55,861 nt of DNA from Candidatus Woesearchaeota archaeon (GTDB taxonomy: Archaea; Nanobdellota; Nanobdellia; Woesearchaeales; DSVV01). The notes under the pieces were generated by a model. The model was not told the DNA's origin and made no database searches. It worked only from the letters and a program-made list of their open reading frames with translations. The stretch lies in contig JAGVYW010000044.1 of assembly GCA_018303075.1 (NCBI GenBank), positions 1 through 55,861 on the forward strand, read 5' to 3'. A program made the translations under genes and the position numbers. Positions 53,565 through 55,861 of the stretch are shown one piece after another; the stretch's first letter is position 1, and each line of letters opens with the position of its first letter.

Positions 53565-54323
53565 TCATTCACTTTTCTGATGGAACAACTCAAACAGCAG
53601 CTTTGCACCCTCAACTAATCTTGGTCCATGTCTGTTCAATAAAGAATCATTGATTGCAAACACTTTATTATTCTCAACTGCTTTGATAAGATTCCATCCT
53701 TCTCTGTTTTTAATCTCATCAACATTTGCGCCAATTCCAATACCGCACAATGAAACAATAATGACATCAGGATTTTCAGCGATAACCTCCTCTGACTTTA
53801 CCTCTCTGCTATGAACCCCTTCTTTTATAAGCACAGGATCTCCTCCAGCTATCTCTATCAAAGCAGGAACCCAATTTCCAGAAACAGTTGCAGGCTTGTG
53901 CCATTCTTCACAATATACTTTTACACGTGGTAATTTAAGTGATTCCTGCCTAATGCTCTCAAGCTCTGTCTTCATCTCACCGACGATAATATGAGCTTTT
54001 CCTTCTTTGCCAACAAGCTTTCCTATGCGGATGATAGACTCGTACACATCATCTAAAGTTACAGGATCAAGATGCATGATCTCAATGCCCATCATCTTGA
54101 ATCTCGCAATAATCTTGTCCTGCACAAATGTAGAAGTGATTATTATATCTGGATGATATTCAGAAATTAATTGATATTTGACATCCAGCCAACCGCCAAC
54201 TTTTGGTTTTTTCTGCGCATCTTCAGGATGATCACAATAGCGAGTATTAGCTATGATATGCTCTTCTGCTCCTAACGCATACAGAATTTCAGTATTGCTT
54301 GGTGCTAATGACAATATTCTCAT
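53565..54323 (-). CDS. BtuF-like (class III periplasmic-binding-protein fold) protein without an obvious signal peptide
   Basis: The ATG at 54323 gives MRILSLAPSNTEILYALGAEEHIIANTRYCDHP...HPDIIITS, typical of the cobalamin/siderophore-binding fold. Confidence 0.6.
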   Translation of the reverse strand: MRILSLAPSNTEILYALGAEEHIIANTRYCDHPEDAQKKPKVGGWLDVKYQLISEYHPDIIITSTFVQDKIIARFKMMGIEIMHLDPVTLDDVYESIIRIGKLVGKEGKAHIIVGEMKTELESIRQESLKLPRVKVYCEEWHKPATVSGNWVPALIEIAGGDPVLIKEGVHSREVKSEEVIAENPDVIIVSLCGIGIGANVDEIKNREGWNLIKAVENNKVFAINDSLLNRHGPRLVEGAKLLFELFHQKSE

Positions 54324-54476
54324 AATCTTTCCTCTTTTCGTGAAGGTGAGGATATTCATTTTGTTTTTAAAGATTCTCATTTTGAATAATTGATTCTGAA
54401 AAATGACTCTAAATATTAAAAAACATCATTGTCCAAAACAAAACATTTTTATATCCGTGCTTTATTAAAAAATAGC

Positions 54477-55109
54477 ATGAACATCACCCAGATAACAGAG
54501 ACATACATCAAAGAACATCCTTCTATCAGAAATTGCCTGAAAAATAATTTAATCAATTATTCAAAGTTGTCACGATTGATAATCAAAGAGCTGCATCTGG
54601 AAAAGAAAACAACAAAAGATGCATTATTGATTGCAGCGAGAAGGTATCAGACAAAACTAAAGAAACAGCAGTCAAACGAAAAAGAGATAATTACTTTATT
54701 AAAGAAAAGCGAAATTGAAATCAAGACAAAGATTGTTGTTTTTGTTGTTGAAAAAAGTCTGTACCTTGATAATCTTCTCGATTTAGAAAAAAAAATCAAG
54801 AAAAAAGCTGATTTATTTTATGCAATCGAAGGAACAGCAGCATTTACTTTAATCACTACAGAAAAATATTATGATGATTTTGTTCAATTCTTTAAACATA
54901 AGATTGTCAATGAATCAAGAGAGTTAGTCATGATCATCATCAAAAGCTCAAAAGATATAGAAGAAACACCCGGAGTAGTTTCATACCTGCTTTCTCTTTT
55001 CGCAGAGAACCAAGTAAATGCTTATGAAATAATGAGCTGCTGGACAGACACAATTTTTGTTATTCATCAAAATGATTTAGAAAAAGCAATTGGATTCTTG
55101 AAGTTTTAG
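54477..55109 (+). CDS. ACT-domain regulatory protein (COG2150-like)
   Basis: The start is MNITQITETYIKEHPSIRNCLKNNLINYSKLSRLI. The C-terminal beta-alpha-beta-beta-alpha-beta-like region is consistent with an ACT domain. The ORF-track TTG start at 54429 seems less likely. Confidence 0.4.
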   Translation: MNITQITETYIKEHPSIRNCLKNNLINYSKLSRLIIKELHLEKKTTKDALLIAARRYQTKLKKQQSNEKEIITLLKKSEIEIKTKIVVFVVEKSLYLDNLLDLEKKIKKKADLFYAIEGTAAFTLITTEKYYDDFVQFFKHKIVNESRELVMIIIKSSKDIEETPGVVSYLLSLFAENQVNAYEIMSCWTDTIFVIHQNDLEKAIGFLKF

Positions 55110-55449
55110 AAATGAAGAGATTTCAAAGAGAAATGAACACAACTCTTTACTAAAATTGTTCTGATGGTATTTTTGTTTTTGGTCGATCTTCTCAAAAGGA
55201 TTATGTATGCAGAATTAATAAATTTTCACCACCAGTTTTAAACTGGTCGGAAAGCATACGAATTGTGGGACAGGCTGAGGCTGCCTGCGTTATATGAAAT
55301 TTTCTGTCGTTGTAAATGGATTCTACGCCGTTGCTAAACTCTTAGAACTTTATGATTGACGCTTCCGTTCAAACGAACTAAAAAATGACGAGTTTGGGCT
55401 AACTTAACGGAAAGATTTATATACATAATATGATGTATCTAAATACATA

Positions 55450-55861
55450 ATGAAAACTGAACTTAAAATCATTAAATACTTTGTCGAAAACAAGAAGCCA
55501 AAAACAATAAGAGAAATTGCTAAGCAGATTAAAGCAGATTACAGAATAACTTATATTGCAATACAAAGACTTATTGAAAAGAATGTCATTAATGTTCAAA
55601 CCGTAGGAAAAAGCTCTTTATGTAGATTGGACGAAAAGTATTATGGTATCAGGATTTATGAAGCAGAGAATGAAAGAAAAGAAAACATCCTTAAAAATAA
55701 AAATATTAATCAACTTTACAAAGAGATTATGTCTAAAGTAAAAACTAGTTCTTTTATTTTACTTTTATTTGGCTCTTACGCTAAAAGCAAACAGACTAAA
55801 ACTTCTGATATAGACCTCATGTTTATCTCAAACGAGGAAGATTTTGAGAGTAAAATATCAG
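55450..55861 (+). CDS. wHTH-fused nucleotidyltransferase (3' end runs off the window; absent from the ORF track)
   Basis: Hand translation gives MKTELKIIKYFVENKKPKTIREIAKQIKADYRITYIAIQRLIEKNVI...LLLFGSYAKSKQTKTSDIDLMFIS. The architecture is the same as 18723-19292. Confidence 0.65.
   Translation, partial: MKTELKIIKYFVENKKPKTIREIAKQIKADYRITYIAIQRLIEKNVINVQTVGKSSLCRLDEKYYGIRIYEAENERKENILKNKNINQLYKEIMSKVKTSSFILLLFGSYAKSKQTKTSDIDLMFISNEEDFESKIS

Noticed and set aside
1-55861. tRNA, rRNA, SRP RNA or RNase P RNA genes
   Set aside because: Scanning the few relatively GC-rich patches (8962-9057, 18500-18600, 41025-41135, 55190-55400) by eye showed no cloverleaf with a GTTC-type T-loop and no rRNA-like conserved strings. 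Absence is not proven without tRNAscan/Infernal.

Overview
This is an AT-rich window (about 30% G+C by eye) that looks archaeal. Archaeal markers are an Rpo6/RpoK subunit, archaeal-type uL11, a type-2 methionine aminopeptidase, a PAC2 chaperone, TFB-type zinc ribbons and an A24 prepilin/preflagellin peptidase. Small genes, tight packing and giant Cys-rich surface proteins suggest a DPANN-like lineage, but that is inference only.

Three kinds of content are present:
1. Housekeeping genes: ileS, hisS, map, rpl11, rpoK, selU, a rhomboid protease, and a glycogen cluster (NDP-sugar transferase, debranching enzyme, glycosyltransferase, GH57).
2. A surface-protein superlocus covering about 31% of the window. 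It holds a 2427 aa giant plus a co-directional array of 131, 978, 173, 182 and 1918 aa paralogs. These are built from a repeated six-cysteine module and share an unusual N-terminal leader and a cytoplasmic tail module.
3. Accessory and decaying material: several HEPN/nucleotidyltransferase pairs, RelE-like and DUF4258 pairs, a DUF4411 PIN-like gene, and remnants of Fic, COG1373 ATPase and Hel308 genes.

Sequence-level oddities:
- A 90-96 nt perfectly conserved, relatively GC-rich structured element occurs as an inverted pair 32 kb apart.
- A HEPN gene is split by a ~106 nt tandem-hairpin insert whose length would restore the reading frame if removed.
- A 1.4 kb ORF-free, purine-skewed stretch carries clustered palindromes.
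- A GC-rich motif is shared by the promoters of a wHTH regulator and the giant genes.

I saw no rRNA, tRNA, CRISPR array, transposase or reverse transcriptase. All calls come from reading the sequence and the ORF track; no searches were run.
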